26,579 nucleotides of DNA, taken from the IMG/VR virus record IMGVR_UViG_3300025731_000014, positions 1 through 26,579 of that record. One strand, written 5' to 3'. Source of the DNA: a virus (Duplodnaviria; Caudoviricetes). Under the pieces are notes generated by a model that made no database searches, had not been told where the DNA came from, and saw only the letters and a program-made list of their open reading frames with translations. Made by a program: the position numbers and the translations under genes. Positions 1 to 10,158 of this stretch are shown in pieces (position 1 is the stretch's first letter; every line of letters begins with the position of its first letter).

Positions 1-369
1 GTTTTCATATACCTTCCCATCCGTTAATACTGTGCTATAAATAGTAATGTCTTTATTTTGTAAGGTATCTTTATACTCGTTTAATTGTAGTACTTCCTCT
101 CCTGGTTTAAGAGCATCTAAACGAGCTTGATTTTCAGTAATTCTTTTTAAAATATCCTCGTTTGTTTTAACATATACTATTTTAGGGGTTACATTTTTAT
201 ACCCCTTAAATAATTTATGTATACTATCCATTTTATGAATCATTACCGTATCCCTTTCTACTCTAGTAGTGACAGTATTAGTTGGTGTTCTTCTTAATTT
301 ATTGGCAAAGAGCAAGAGTACTAATATTAAAATTATAATGTGTTCAATTTTTATATCTCTAATTTTCAT
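1..369 (-). CDS. Putative spanin-like / membrane-anchored lysis accessory protein (3' end outside window)
   Basis: Not in the ORF track. ATG at 369 opens 123 codons that run off the window: MKIRDIKIEHIIILILVLLLFANKLRRTPTNTVTTRVERDTVMIHKMDSI...YKDTLQN. It has an N-terminal hydrophobic anchor and sits directly downstream of the endolysin. Confidence 0.55.
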   Translation of the reverse strand, partial: MKIRDIKIEHIIILILVLLLFANKLRRTPTNTVTTRVERDTVMIHKMDSIHKLFKGYKNVTPKIVYVKTNEDILKRITENQARLDALKPGEEVLQLNEYKDTLQNKDITIYSTVLTDGKVYEN

Positions 370-383
370 ATCATTTATATTCG

Positions 384-806
384 TTATACAATAACTCTAT
401 AGCCTAACAAACGTTCTTTCGGGTAACTTGAAATTTTCACTTGATTATTTTGATTTCCTCCAAGCACAAAAATTTTATCATCGATAGCGTTTATAAAAAA
501 ACCAACATGACCTTTCCAACTTTTTTTACTTCCTCTCCAAAAAATAACAACATCACCCATTTGCGGACGATTAGTTTCCATACCAATTTTCAACCAACTT
601 CTAGCATTCAGTTTACCTGTATATGGAGCATCACTAGTTTTTAGCACCCAATTCACAAAGGCAGAGCACCAAGCGGTTTCATCTTTCAACTTGCTAGCGT
701 TAAAACCTATTTCATCAAAGTATTTTAAAATTTCCAGATTATCTTTTTGGCCTACAATCTCTTTTACACCATATTCCTTAAAGGCGATTTCTACATGTTT
801 TTTCAT
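384..806 (-). CDS. TIGR02594-family NlpC/P60-like peptidoglycan hydrolase (endolysin)
   Basis: Motifs DETAWCSAFVNW (catalytic Cys), GDVVIFWR, GHVGFF (His) and LGGNQ; adjacent to holin. Confidence 0.88.
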   Translation of the reverse strand: MKKHVEIAFKEYGVKEIVGQKDNLEILKYFDEIGFNASKLKDETAWCSAFVNWVLKTSDAPYTGKLNARSWLKIGMETNRPQMGDVVIFWRGSKKSWKGHVGFFINAIDDKIFVLGGNQNNQVKISSYPKERLLGYRVIV

Positions 807-937
807 AATTTATCGTGTTTTTTCATCCCAAAAAGCAAACATTTATTTAAACAAATATTCGCTTATCAGGTATGACTGCTTTAATTTATTGTAATATCTA
901 ACTACAAGTTTCATCAGCATTTATGTGCTTCTATTTA

Positions 938-1399
938 CTAAGCTGTTTTGGTGTCTATAGTACTTAGGAATTTTTTGAATAGTTGTATCAATGCATTTCG
1001 TATCGCTTTTAACACCTTTGTTAGTGCATCAAAATTTTCTACTTCCTGCTTTGTTTTTATGGCTATTGCATTACTAAAAATTGAAATTCCGTCACTAACA
1101 ATAAGTAAGTCCATAACTATAGTTACAAACCATTTAAAGTTGTAATTGAGTCCTTTACTCATTAACGCTAAAGCCATTGGAATTAGAAGTACCGCAAGTT
1201 TTGAAACAAAACCAAGCGCTAATATTTTAAAGCTGAATGCTTTTTTTAAAACAATTGTTTTCACTATTCCTAAAAAGGTATCAATAACCATTAAGTAGAA
1301 GAGTACATTTACAATTTCAATATCCATTTCTAAATACATAAAAACCCCGTACAACAGTAATTTTAATTCGTTTGAATACACTACTAGTTTATCTTTCAT
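938..1399 (-). CDS. Phage holin (holin_4-like)
   Basis: Several hydrophobic segments, LMVIDTFLGIVK...GFVSKL...SIFSN pattern and a basic C-terminus; upstream of the endolysin. Confidence 0.75.
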   Translation of the reverse strand: MKDKLVVYSNELKLLLYGVFMYLEMDIEIVNVLFYLMVIDTFLGIVKTIVLKKAFSFKILALGFVSKLAVLLIPMALALMSKGLNYNFKWFVTIVMDLLIVSDGISIFSNAIAIKTKQEVENFDALTKVLKAIRNALIQLFKKFLSTIDTKTA

Positions 1400-1417
1400 T
1401 TGGGTTATTATTAGTTC

Positions 1418-1885
1418 TTATTTGTCGTCTACAATAGATTTTTGAGCGTGATTAAAGTCAATTACGCCTAATAAATTTGTAAACCGTTGCCCAAAAACGG
1501 ACAGCGTTTTATCTCTTTCATTCTCTCCTAGGTTATCACTAATAGTTTCTTGAACTACTCCAAATTGATGTTTAGAGTTTGATGTAATAAAATTGTCGTT
1601 TAATAACTCTCCTGCAACTATATTCCCGCTGATATCAATGCTTAAACTCAATTGTCTTAAGTAGGCAATAAACCCTTTCCATTTTATAATTCGGTAACAG
1701 AAACTAATAGGGTAAATTCCTAAAGCAGCTATGGAAGCAAATAAAAATAGGATCCATTCCGCATAATGCTTTTTTGATTTCAATAGTGTTAATAACAACA
1801 CTATTGCTATTGGTAGCATAACCAATGTGGTAATTAAAAGCCATAGCAATGCCATGACTGTGAAAATAAATTTTACAGTTTTCAT
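1418..1885 (-). CDS. Phage-type membrane protein of the lysis region, function unknown
   Basis: Two N-terminal hydrophobic helices followed by SIDISGN...FG...ETISDNLG...IDFNHAQKSI, a pattern I recognise from conserved phage hypothetical proteins. Confidence 0.55.
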   Translation of the reverse strand: MKTVKFIFTVMALLWLLITTLVMLPIAIVLLLTLLKSKKHYAEWILFLFASIAALGIYPISFCYRIIKWKGFIAYLRQLSLSIDISGNIVAGELLNDNFITSNSKHQFGVVQETISDNLGENERDKTLSVFGQRFTNLLGVIDFNHAQKSIVDDK

Positions 1886-1919
1886 TATATTTATATTTAA
1901 TTTTTTGGTGTAAGAATAA

Positions 1920-1976
1920 CTACACTCGATGTGTGGTAGAAATGGCTAATTCAAATAAGATTTAATCGAGTGTAGT
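1920..1976. repeat. Intergenic inverted repeat (stem-loop) upstream of the lysis cassette
   Basis: ctacactcgat ... atcgagtgtag, an 11-bp perfect stem with a large loop. Confidence 0.6.
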
Positions 1977-1988
1977 ATTTAATGTGTA

Positions 1989-2933
1989 TTATTTTACTAA
2001 TCCTTTTAGCTTTTCAATAAAATACGTTCTAATTGTTTTGTCTTGCATATCTTCAAGACCTAGAGCATTAACATATCCTTGATAAGTAGCTCCTTCAACA
2101 ATTGTTTTACCAGCAGCTATTAATTGTGCTTCTGTTGGAACATGCGTATTTAACCAAGTATGTTCTGTGTCATTAGCTATTGAGGCGTAAATATCTATAG
2201 TTCCGTAGGTTTTATACTCCGTAAAATCTGCTGAGTATTTTCTTGAAAAACTACGTAACACATCGTAAGCCTTCTTTTTAGCTGTACTAATGGCGTCATC
2301 TTCATAAATACCTAGCACAATTTTCATAACGGATAAAGTTAAAGAAGCCCCAGATAGGACGTTATTTCTACGATTATAACCTACAGCTAAAATTTGCCTA
2401 TTGGTTTTGTACTCCTTATATTTTATTTTAGTGTTATTTTCTGAAGTATCTAATGTACCATCTTCAAAATAATACTGCCATTTTTTTTCTTGCGAGAACA
2501 TTCCTCTTTCAGAAGGATTAAACCCCATATCTACACTTTGATACTCATAAGTTTCCGATACTTTAATTACTGGCTTTTTAAACCCTTCTTTTTCATTATA
2601 ATAAATAGTTTCGCTTATTAAACCATCATTAGTTAATTTAACCTCAGGATCTAAACGAACACCTGTGGTTAATTCTGTTTTGTAATTAATAGCAGTAAGA
2701 TCTTTATTCTTAACACTTTTTACACAAATAGAACGCAACAAATGACGTTTTGAATTCTTAACAAACCCATTAACTAAAGCAGTTAATGCTGTGGCATCTG
2801 TATTTACATTAGGAGTAACTATTAATTTATCATTTTCTATTTTTAAACTATCAAGTTTAATATCCTCTAAGTTTAAAAGAATAATTAATTCGCTTAAAAC
2901 GATATCTCCTTTATCATATATTATATTTTCCAT
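1989..2933 (-). CDS. Hypothetical protein, possible tail-fibre assembly/accessory protein
   Basis: 314-aa ORF starting 10 nt after the fibre gene; function inferred from position only. Confidence 0.45.
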   Translation of the reverse strand: MENIIYDKGDIVLSELIILLNLEDIKLDSLKIENDKLIVTPNVNTDATALTALVNGFVKNSKRHLLRSICVKSVKNKDLTAINYKTELTTGVRLDPEVKLTNDGLISETIYYNEKEGFKKPVIKVSETYEYQSVDMGFNPSERGMFSQEKKWQYYFEDGTLDTSENNTKIKYKEYKTNRQILAVGYNRRNNVLSGASLTLSVMKIVLGIYEDDAISTAKKKAYDVLRSFSRKYSADFTEYKTYGTIDIYASIANDTEHTWLNTHVPTEAQLIAAGKTIVEGATYQGYVNALGLEDMQDKTIRTYFIEKLKGLVK

Positions 2934-2943
2934 ATTGTACTTT

Positions 2944-4500
2944 TTAGATGTTATCAGCTATTTTAAAAATTAATACTTCTGCTTTATGTAACTCAGCAGT
3001 ACGGAATAGAGAGTCATTAAATATCAGTTTGAAATTATGAGCTCCAGGAGTAACATTTGTGATACCAAAAAGTGTTCTTTTATGTCGTTGCTCCAACTTA
3101 TCATCAACAAACTCTTCATTTATTACATCTAATTCCAGTAGATCATCCAAAAATATTTTAGCTACAAAATTTGAAAATGTAGAATCTGACGAAGCACTTA
3201 TAGTACACATAAAAGCATACTGACCGCCTCTTTCGAATGTCAAATCTTGATCTAAATAATTTGTAGGTATTGACACTAACCCATTAAAATCAAAATCTGA
3301 AGTACTATACTCTTCTCTTTTGAATGTTAGAAAATTTAAAACATCTAAGGTTTTAACAAAGGTTTTACTTCCTGTTGCATCTGTACCATAAAATGAATCA
3401 CTACTAGGAGTGTCTACATCTCCTACTAACTCTAAATTTCCAGCAGTATCCGTAATCGATTTTACTTGCGCAGTTTTATCACGTTTTGCATTGTTTAAAT
3501 CTTGCGCATTACCTACATATCCACCTTTATCAAGTTTATCATTTTGTAAAGCAGTAATGTTTGTTTGTGACACTAATATTTCATTGAACAAATCCTGAGC
3601 AGTACCAATATACCCACCTGTTGCTAATTTAGTTGCAATTTGAGTGGTAATTGTAGTTGCAAAATTTGGGTCATTCCCTAGCGCTTCAGCTAATTCTTTA
3701 AGTGTATCTAATGCTGTTGGTGAACTATTAATTAGTTCTAATATTTTCGCAGCAACGAAGTCTTCTATAGCTTTTACACTGGCTATTTTATCTGTCGCTC
3801 CCGAATTTATTATCATGTCTTGAACCATCTCTGCAATTCCTGATAAATCAGAAATTTCTAAATTCTTCCAAATGGTTTTCCCATTAATATCAACCGATTG
3901 CAGGTATCTACCAGCAGCTTGCGTACCGTTTTGTAACGCCAATCCATCCTCTAAAATGATTCTAGCCTTTGCCGTTGGAACAGATAAATCTATTGTTTTT
4001 CTTGCATCTGCCTTAAAAAGATCTGAAGTAAATGTTGAAATACTATTTTTAACCGTAAAATTATCATTATTGGTTACTTCAAAAGTTTTTAAATTATCAA
4101 AAACTAAGCTACCAGTTTTACTTGCTCCATCTATAGTTCTCTTTCCTTTTAATGTACCATCTGAGGAATAAATAGTTTTTATTGCTTGAATTAAACTGTA
4201 TAAATCTTGTGACGTTCCAGCATACCCTCCTGTTTCGGTTTTATTGTCCAAAATAGCTTGTAAGTCTGTTATAAAACTTACTGACATTTCAGCAGGTAAT
4301 TGGTATTTTGGTATTATAATACTTTGTCCTCCTACAAATAAAAAGGTGATATTCCCTTCATTATCTGTAGTAACACTATCAATAATTTTTCCGTCGTTTT
4401 TATGAACCATACTATCAATCAGATGCATAAATTCTTGTGCTTTTGGTTTATCTCCTGTTTCAAAATAGGATTTTAACCGTATTCTTGTTTCTTCTGCCAT
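2944..4500 (-). CDS. Tail fibre protein
   Basis: N-terminal LKSYFETGDKP...F..LIDS anchor, the classic myophage fibre motif SPTALDTLKELAEALGNDPNFATTI, three GGYxGxxQDL repeats and a beta-rich C-terminal domain. Confidence 0.85.
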   Translation of the reverse strand: MAEETRIRLKSYFETGDKPKAQEFMHLIDSMVHKNDGKIIDSVTTDNEGNITFLFVGGQSIIIPKYQLPAEMSVSFITDLQAILDNKTETGGYAGTSQDLYSLIQAIKTIYSSDGTLKGKRTIDGASKTGSLVFDNLKTFEVTNNDNFTVKNSISTFTSDLFKADARKTIDLSVPTAKARIILEDGLALQNGTQAAGRYLQSVDINGKTIWKNLEISDLSGIAEMVQDMIINSGATDKIASVKAIEDFVAAKILELINSSPTALDTLKELAEALGNDPNFATTITTQIATKLATGGYIGTAQDLFNEILVSQTNITALQNDKLDKGGYVGNAQDLNNAKRDKTAQVKSITDTAGNLELVGDVDTPSSDSFYGTDATGSKTFVKTLDVLNFLTFKREEYSTSDFDFNGLVSIPTNYLDQDLTFERGGQYAFMCTISASSDSTFSNFVAKIFLDDLLELDVINEEFVDDKLEQRHKRTLFGITNVTPGAHNFKLIFNDSLFRTAELHKAEVLIFKIADNI

Positions 4501-4516
4501 TATTATATTTTTTTAA

Positions 4517-4546
4517 TAACTCTGGGAGATATTTCTCCCAGAGTTA
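4517..4546. other. Perfect 13-bp hairpin between two fibre genes (terminator or RNA stabiliser)
   Basis: taactctgggaga-tatt-tctcccagagtta; no long U-tract follows it on the coding strand. Confidence 0.6.
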
Positions 4547-4561
4547 AATGAAATACTACTT

Positions 4562-7330
4562 CTATAAATTATTAAAATCGTCTTCAATTACTTTAGTAAT
4601 AAATGTTCCTTCTTTTGCAACTATAATTTCTGCATTATGAGCTACTACATCTCCTATTACATAATTATCTACAGATTCAACATCTAACACAGCTACTTCT
4701 AATGGTTCTTTAATTAACTTAACTGAAGTAATTAGTTTAGTACTTCCTTTTCTATCAATTAAATACATTCCCGAATTAACTTCACCAGCTTTAACCCATC
4801 TTAATACAGTTCCTAAATTATTTTCACTAGTTAATAATGGATGATCTCCTGTTACTTTAATTGTTTTGCCATCATTAGTATTAATTTCATAATACATTAC
4901 AGCTGTCAAACTTTCTTTTTTAACAACAACTACATTTGTTTTTGTTGCATCAGATAATGTTCCTCTCCATTTCATAGTAGCTTCTTTACTTTCAGAAGTA
5001 TCATTTGAAAAAGCAAAACCAACTAACTCGTCACCTTCTTGAATGTTTTTTAGTTTTTTAGAACGTCCGTTAGCTAAAGCAACATATGTTTCTACATCAA
5101 AACATCCACCCCCGCCTCCGGTACTACCAGAACGTTGGTAATTAGCAGACATTTGTACGGAAGTACTATTCACTGCAAGTGTCAATTTAGCTGTACCTAC
5201 TTTTAATCCAAAGTCAGAAGTACTTGTTGCTCCTACTGAAACAATACAATTTAAATCTACATAACCTGAATCACCAATTTCTACTGTAAATGCTCCTTGT
5301 GTAGTAGATGCATTCATATTTACTTTAATATTTCCTGAAACAACTTCTGTTACTCTAAAAATTCCTGTCGCACCAAGTGTTAAGCTTGAATAACTTGGAT
5401 TAATTGTAACTACCTCATCCTGCTTACCGTTAACCCTTACAGTATATGATTGATGAGATGAAGGATTGGTTGGGATAGGACTTGGACTAGTAATTCGTAA
5501 CGATGCCGTTTGAGATACATTAACCGTTATAATTTTCTCTGTACTTACACCTTGAATATCAGTGATAATCAATTTAAATTGATATCCTTGAATTGCTTCT
5601 TGTAAATTTTGAATATTAAACTGTATGTTTTTAGTCCCTAATTCATTACTATAAACTAGTCCGCCTTCATAAGACAATACATTAATTTCTTCATTATTAA
5701 CAACTGCCCCATCACTAATAGTAACGTCATAAGGGTTTCCAGTAACTGGTTCTAATCGATAAGTCATCAAATCATTATCTCCATCAGGATCATTTATATT
5801 AAACATCAAGTTTAATGATCTTAAACCAAAGTTATAATTGTAATTTAATTCCCCTTCAAAAGGTACAGCGTAAATATTATCTATTAATAATCTACTATTA
5901 AATTCATACTCATCATATCTTCTTATATAATTTAATCTTGCGCAACTATTAATCACTGGTGCTAAATTTGCTGCTTGTACAACAACTTTTACCTCATCAG
6001 TAATTATTAATCCATTTGTTTCTACTGTAATCCTAAAAATATGTACCCCAGCATCTAAATTTGTAATCTCTGTTGATTCATCTATATCTGAAGTTATTGT
6101 ACCTGTAGGTGTTACTATAATTTCTGTTCCTGGCCCACTAATTTTGGTCCATGTATAATCTCCACTAATAGTTGCAGATGAAGTCAGTTTTCCTGTCAAA
6201 TTAATATTCACAGAAGTAACGTCGTTTGCTAAACTGATATTCTGATCTATTCCTGCACTTATAGTAGGATAATCCTCGTTACCAATATATATAATATAAA
6301 AAACATTTAATATTCCATTACTAGGACTCGTTGAATCAATACCATTCGGCACTAAATTTGGGATAACAATACCGCTTGGCACACTAGTGTTATTCCCATC
6401 GCAAGCTACCCAACCACTTGGAATACTTCCAGAGGATGTATTCCATAAAGCTATTAAACCTAATGGCACTGCCCCTTTAATTTGTCCAGCTCCTTTAGTT
6501 ACAAAACCAGAATTATCAATTAGTAATGGCGTAGCATCTGAACTATTCGCGACTATATTGTTCAATTTTAGTTTACCATCAATAACAGTATTTTCCCAAT
6601 CTGAACCATAATTTAAATACAAGCTAGTTTCAATATCAGTACTATTATCAACTAAGGCTCTTCCTAAATAATCTCCTGGATGTAATTGACCTCTTCTATC
6701 TGGATGACCTAGTCTAAAATCAGCAGAACGTACTTTAGCAGAAAAAGATGGATTGGTATCTAAATTAGATAATTGATGCCCTCCTAAATCTAAATCGCCT
6801 TCCATCGCCTTGGAACCATCTAAAGGTAAAAACTTACCTAAAATATCTGGAATTGATGCTAATGTTTCAAAGGTAGCAAGGTTATAATATGTAATAGTCT
6901 CCAAAGGAGTGCTAGGATCGATAATGGGTGCTTCTAAAGTAATACCTACTCCAGTTGCTTCGCTTGTAGCAACATACGCTGCGCTATAGTCAATATATAC
7001 ATTTTGAGGTACTCCAGTACCAAAAGTTAATGGGGATAATACTTTTTTTGTTTTTAGATAACTCGTTTCTGGCGTTATTAGGATCGGGTATAAAATCCCT
7101 TGTAATGTATACGTCCCAGGGGTCTCTAAATTTTCACTTTGTTGATGAATTATCGCCCAACCAATTTTATTTTCGGTAGGTTTTGATATAATGTAGTTTC
7201 TGTCTTCTTCTATTCCCCATTGCTCTTTTAACGCACCGAATAATTCAGTTCTAAAAGCTGCTTGTAATCTAGCAAAGGTTTCTTGTTCTAATGGAAACCC
7301 ACCAGGTTTTGTAAAATTTATTTGTTTCAT
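4562..7330 (-). CDS. Baseplate-proximal tail fibre/adhesin with collar-like, PKD/Ig-like and C-terminal Hint (intein-like) domains
   Basis: N-terminal GGFPLEQETF; collar-like VPLGLIALW...IPSGWVACDG; PKD-like AGIDQNISL...YTWTKISGP...GVHIFRITV; Hint motifs GGGGG-CF, TGDHP and VAHN. Follows the baseplate wedge genes. Confidence 0.8.
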   Translation of the reverse strand: MKQINFTKPGGFPLEQETFARLQAAFRTELFGALKEQWGIEEDRNYIISKPTENKIGWAIIHQQSENLETPGTYTLQGILYPILITPETSYLKTKKVLSPLTFGTGVPQNVYIDYSAAYVATSEATGVGITLEAPIIDPSTPLETITYYNLATFETLASIPDILGKFLPLDGSKAMEGDLDLGGHQLSNLDTNPSFSAKVRSADFRLGHPDRRGQLHPGDYLGRALVDNSTDIETSLYLNYGSDWENTVIDGKLKLNNIVANSSDATPLLIDNSGFVTKGAGQIKGAVPLGLIALWNTSSGSIPSGWVACDGNNTSVPSGIVIPNLVPNGIDSTSPSNGILNVFYIIYIGNEDYPTISAGIDQNISLANDVTSVNINLTGKLTSSATISGDYTWTKISGPGTEIIVTPTGTITSDIDESTEITNLDAGVHIFRITVETNGLIITDEVKVVVQAANLAPVINSCARLNYIRRYDEYEFNSRLLIDNIYAVPFEGELNYNYNFGLRSLNLMFNINDPDGDNDLMTYRLEPVTGNPYDVTISDGAVVNNEEINVLSYEGGLVYSNELGTKNIQFNIQNLQEAIQGYQFKLIITDIQGVSTEKIITVNVSQTASLRITSPSPIPTNPSSHQSYTVRVNGKQDEVVTINPSYSSLTLGATGIFRVTEVVSGNIKVNMNASTTQGAFTVEIGDSGYVDLNCIVSVGATSTSDFGLKVGTAKLTLAVNSTSVQMSANYQRSGSTGGGGGCFDVETYVALANGRSKKLKNIQEGDELVGFAFSNDTSESKEATMKWRGTLSDATKTNVVVVKKESLTAVMYYEINTNDGKTIKVTGDHPLLTSENNLGTVLRWVKAGEVNSGMYLIDRKGSTKLITSVKLIKEPLEVAVLDVESVDNYVIGDVVAHNAEIIVAKEGTFITKVIEDDFNNL

Positions 7331-7401
7331 GTGTTTTAATTTTATTTTGTTCGAGTGATTATGTCGTCAGGGACACTTTTTGTGTTTACTAGTTTTGACT
7401 G

Positions 7402-8112
7402 TTACGATACTATTGATGATGAATATTCGTAGGCATACGATTCATAGGTTTTTCCTGCTAATTTGTAAAAATTCAGTAAGTTATGATACTTCGTTGTACG
7501 TACTTCAATAGCTCCTGCTATTGCTTTTACAGGATCCTCATGTGGTTCAAAATACAAGCTGTTTGTAATTTCTAGTAATTTTTGAGCTCGTTCAATTTCA
7601 GATGCATCTCCATCTCCATCAATATCAAAAACTTCAACTTTTCCTTTAATATTTAAATTTTCTGGAATGAATACTCTAAAATTAGCATAATGAATTTCCG
7701 TATAATCCTCTCTACTAGCTAAATACAATGGACTCCCTTGATTTGAGGTAATTTCATTGTGTAAATACACTTTTGGTGACAAAAAACCATCCGTTTCATA
7801 CTCATCATGTAGATAAACAAATTGCAAAGTTGGTTTTAATGTTTCATCAATATATATTAAACCATTAGCCTGTTTTTCTAAGGTAGAATAATTAGGGTTG
7901 TATATTTTTTCAGGGTTGAACGCCTCATTTAATAACTTTTCCAAAGAAATTACTTGCCCAGTATGGTTCATGTTATACAAAGTAGTTTCATAAATACTCC
8001 TTAGTGGTTTAAACAATACGTTTAACCAACTGTAGTGGGTTTTTTTTCTAAAAATTGGTGGGATTAACAATAACAATAGTTTCTCCCAATGAATTGTGGT
8101 ATACTGCTTCAT
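7402..8112 (-). CDS. Baseplate wedge subunit (gpI-like)
   Basis: Lies between the gpJ-like gene and the fibre. It has LLIPPIFRK, TGQVISLEKLLN and a C-terminal YKLAGKTY, typical of Bacteroidota tail modules. Confidence 0.7.
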   Translation of the reverse strand: MKQYTTIHWEKLLLLLIPPIFRKKTHYSWLNVLFKPLRSIYETTLYNMNHTGQVISLEKLLNEAFNPEKIYNPNYSTLEKQANGLIYIDETLKPTLQFVYLHDEYETDGFLSPKVYLHNEITSNQGSPLYLASREDYTEIHYANFRVFIPENLNIKGKVEVFDIDGDGDASEIERAQKLLEITNSLYFEPHEDPVKAIAGAIEVRTTKYHNLLNFYKLAGKTYESYAYEYSSSIVS

Positions 8113-8123
8113 TGTTTATTTGT

Positions 8124-9221
8124 TTATGCGTTTCTATTATCTCTGTAAAATGTATATGGAATGTAGTTTACCTCTATTTTCAAAGCCTCCTTTAAGTTGA
8201 AATAACCTGCCTTTGGAATAAAGTATTCTATATCTTGTAATACCCTATTTCCATCTACTATATCTATTCCTTTTACTATATTAAAATCTTCAGGATTATC
8301 AGCACTAATTGATGCTATTGCTGTATTTACTTTTTTCAAAATAGGGATTCTAACACCTTCTGATTGCTGAACAGCATCAACTAAATAGGACTGTACAAAA
8401 GCACCGTTAAATTCAATGTTTCTTAAGTATTTATTAATAGCTTCTTCAACTGGCTTTACTGAAGGATCGGAAATTAACACCCCATTATTGGTATCAAAAG
8501 GATGAGTACTATCACTTGGAAATTTACCATCTTCAATCAAAGCCTTGTAAGGTTCAATATCGTTAGGGCTTATATACACCGTTAATGGATCAACATAAAC
8601 ATCTAGTTTTAACACTAATTGATCACCTTTTGTTGAGGTTATGTGTACTTGATTCCCTGCATCTTTAATACGTGCGATATACTCCTTAAAAGCTGGTAGA
8701 TCATTTACATTCAAGGCTTCAATATTCCCACTATTTTCGGTAGCTACTTTAATAAAAACAACTCCTACTTGATGATGAAAATAATCAGAAAAAACTTGTG
8801 TTACTGTGGTATCTGGTTTAATTACTGTACTTAAATCTACCTCACTTACGGCACAATATTTTACTATTTTTTTAGCATCTAGTTCTGAGGCATCCAAATC
8901 AGTGGTATCAAATTGATAAGAACCGTTTTCCCAAATCAAATCTTGTCCATGTACAAAATTTAATGCTTGATTTCTATACCAACTTAATGTATGTGGTCTG
9001 GATACTAATGCATTTCTTTCAACTATTTTTTCATGCATCCAAATAGCGGTTGCCATAATATGTACCCAAAGTCTCCATATAGCTACTTTGGATGTATTTG
9101 TTAATTCACTTCCTAATGAACCTCTTTCTTTTATGGAAAGAATATCAAGTGTCGAAAGCGAGTCGGCTTTCCCTTTAGCAACAAGAATGTCGCTTTGTAT
9201 TTCAGCAATTGTACGTGCCAT
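8124..9221 (-). CDS. Baseplate wedge subunit (gpJ-like)
   Basis: MARTIAEIQ...SKVAIWRLW...PHTLSWY...IKDAG...FNG...LVDAVQ pattern plus synteny after the LysM and gp25-like genes. Confidence 0.75.
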   Translation of the reverse strand: MARTIAEIQSDILVAKGKADSLSTLDILSIKERGSLGSELTNTSKVAIWRLWVHIMATAIWMHEKIVERNALVSRPHTLSWYRNQALNFVHGQDLIWENGSYQFDTTDLDASELDAKKIVKYCAVSEVDLSTVIKPDTTVTQVFSDYFHHQVGVVFIKVATENSGNIEALNVNDLPAFKEYIARIKDAGNQVHITSTKGDQLVLKLDVYVDPLTVYISPNDIEPYKALIEDGKFPSDSTHPFDTNNGVLISDPSVKPVEEAINKYLRNIEFNGAFVQSYLVDAVQQSEGVRIPILKKVNTAIASISADNPEDFNIVKGIDIVDGNRVLQDIEYFIPKAGYFNLKEALKIEVNYIPYTFYRDNRNA

Positions 9222-9341
9222 ATTTTATTTTTTTAATATAGTTTACCCTGTAAGCAATAGATATACTGCTTATTTACAAGGGTTTATGTCTTTTATATTT
9301 CTAACTACTGATTTGTAGTTTCTTCTAGAATGCTCTTACTA

Positions 9342-9641
9342 TTATCCGATAATAAAATCGTCTTCAAGAGTCATGTAATCAATACCACAAATGTTGGCTA
9401 ACAACAATTCTTCTGCTGTTGCTCCTGTAGCTGGATGTGTATTGTTTGATTCATAATAAGCTACAATATCCTTTTTAAAGGCTGCTCTTCCTACTTTTAA
9501 ATCTTCATATACTGATATGTCTTCTGTAATATCATATTGATCATTGTCGTCTAACACATCAAATACGGTTTCGATACTTCCATACTCTTGTAAGGCAACA
9601 TCAAAAATATTTTGATTGTCCTGTGGCTTAATAGTTCCCAT
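9342..9641 (-). CDS. LysM-like (gpX-type) baseplate protein
   Basis: QNIFDVALQEYGSIETVF LysM-like start and C-terminal GIDYMTLEDDFII; overlaps the upstream gene by 14 nt. Confidence 0.72.
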   Translation of the reverse strand: MGTIKPQDNQNIFDVALQEYGSIETVFDVLDDNDQYDITEDISVYEDLKVGRAAFKKDIVAYYESNNTHPATGATAEELLLANICGIDYMTLEDDFIIG

Positions 9642-9915
9642 CTATTTCTATGTTTTCAAAGTTATTTATATTTAATATTTTCAAATCAAAATTATCATAA
9701 GCCAATTGTTTTTCCAGTTCAGCTTCAAGTAATAATTTGTTTATTTTTATATTCCCATTTAAGTAGCTTTCTAAGCCTATTCCTAAAATTGGAAATTCTT
9801 TAAAAGACCCTTTATGGGTTCTTAAAATGTTAGCAATATTCTGTTGTGATGCATCTTTAATCACAAAGTCCCCTTGACCAATTAAAAGGTCATCTTCAAT
9901 ATTAAAATCATTCAT
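9628..9915 (-). CDS. gp25/gpW-like baseplate (sheath initiator) protein
   Basis: DLLIGQGDFVI...KGSFKEFPILGIG, resembling the gp25-like PxxG motif; size and synteny agree. Confidence 0.72.
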   Translation of the reverse strand: MNDFNIEDDLLIGQGDFVIKDASQQNIANILRTHKGSFKEFPILGIGLESYLNGNIKINKLLLEAELEKQLAYDNFDLKILNINNFENIEIDGNY

Positions 9916-10085
9916 ATGTATTTGGTTTATAAGACTACTAAAACTTCATTTTAGCGTACTAATATTTAAGTGTCACTTTAGTATTCTATACTTAAAGTTA
10001 ACCACAATTGTATTCTTTATTTCTCGAGAATTATTTTAGCAAAACATGTGGCTCAGAAAGGTAATGACTGACTTATTTTGCTATT

Positions 10086-10150
10086 GTAAAAATACAGTAA
10101 AGTGAAAGTGTTACCTAAAAAACAAGCTTCCCTAATCTGTAGTTTCAGTA
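10086..10150 (-). promoter_or_regulatory. Conserved box TACTGAAACTAC (10139-10150) plus -7-like element; drives the wedge/fibre/lysis unit
   Basis: One of five exact copies; TATTTTTAC begins at 10094, a 45-nt offset from the box. Confidence 0.75.
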
Positions 10151-10158
10151 AGTTATAA

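Noticed and set aside
4634-5104. Canonical mobile intein with homing endonuclease
   Set aside because: Only 157 aa, no endonuclease insert, and Ala rather than Cys/Ser/Thr follows the terminal Asn.
9303-9322. Partial box GTAGTTTC upstream of the gpJ-like gene
   Set aside because: Only 8 of 12 positions match, it is part of a small AACTAC/GTAGTT hairpin, and there is no promoter box at 45 nt.
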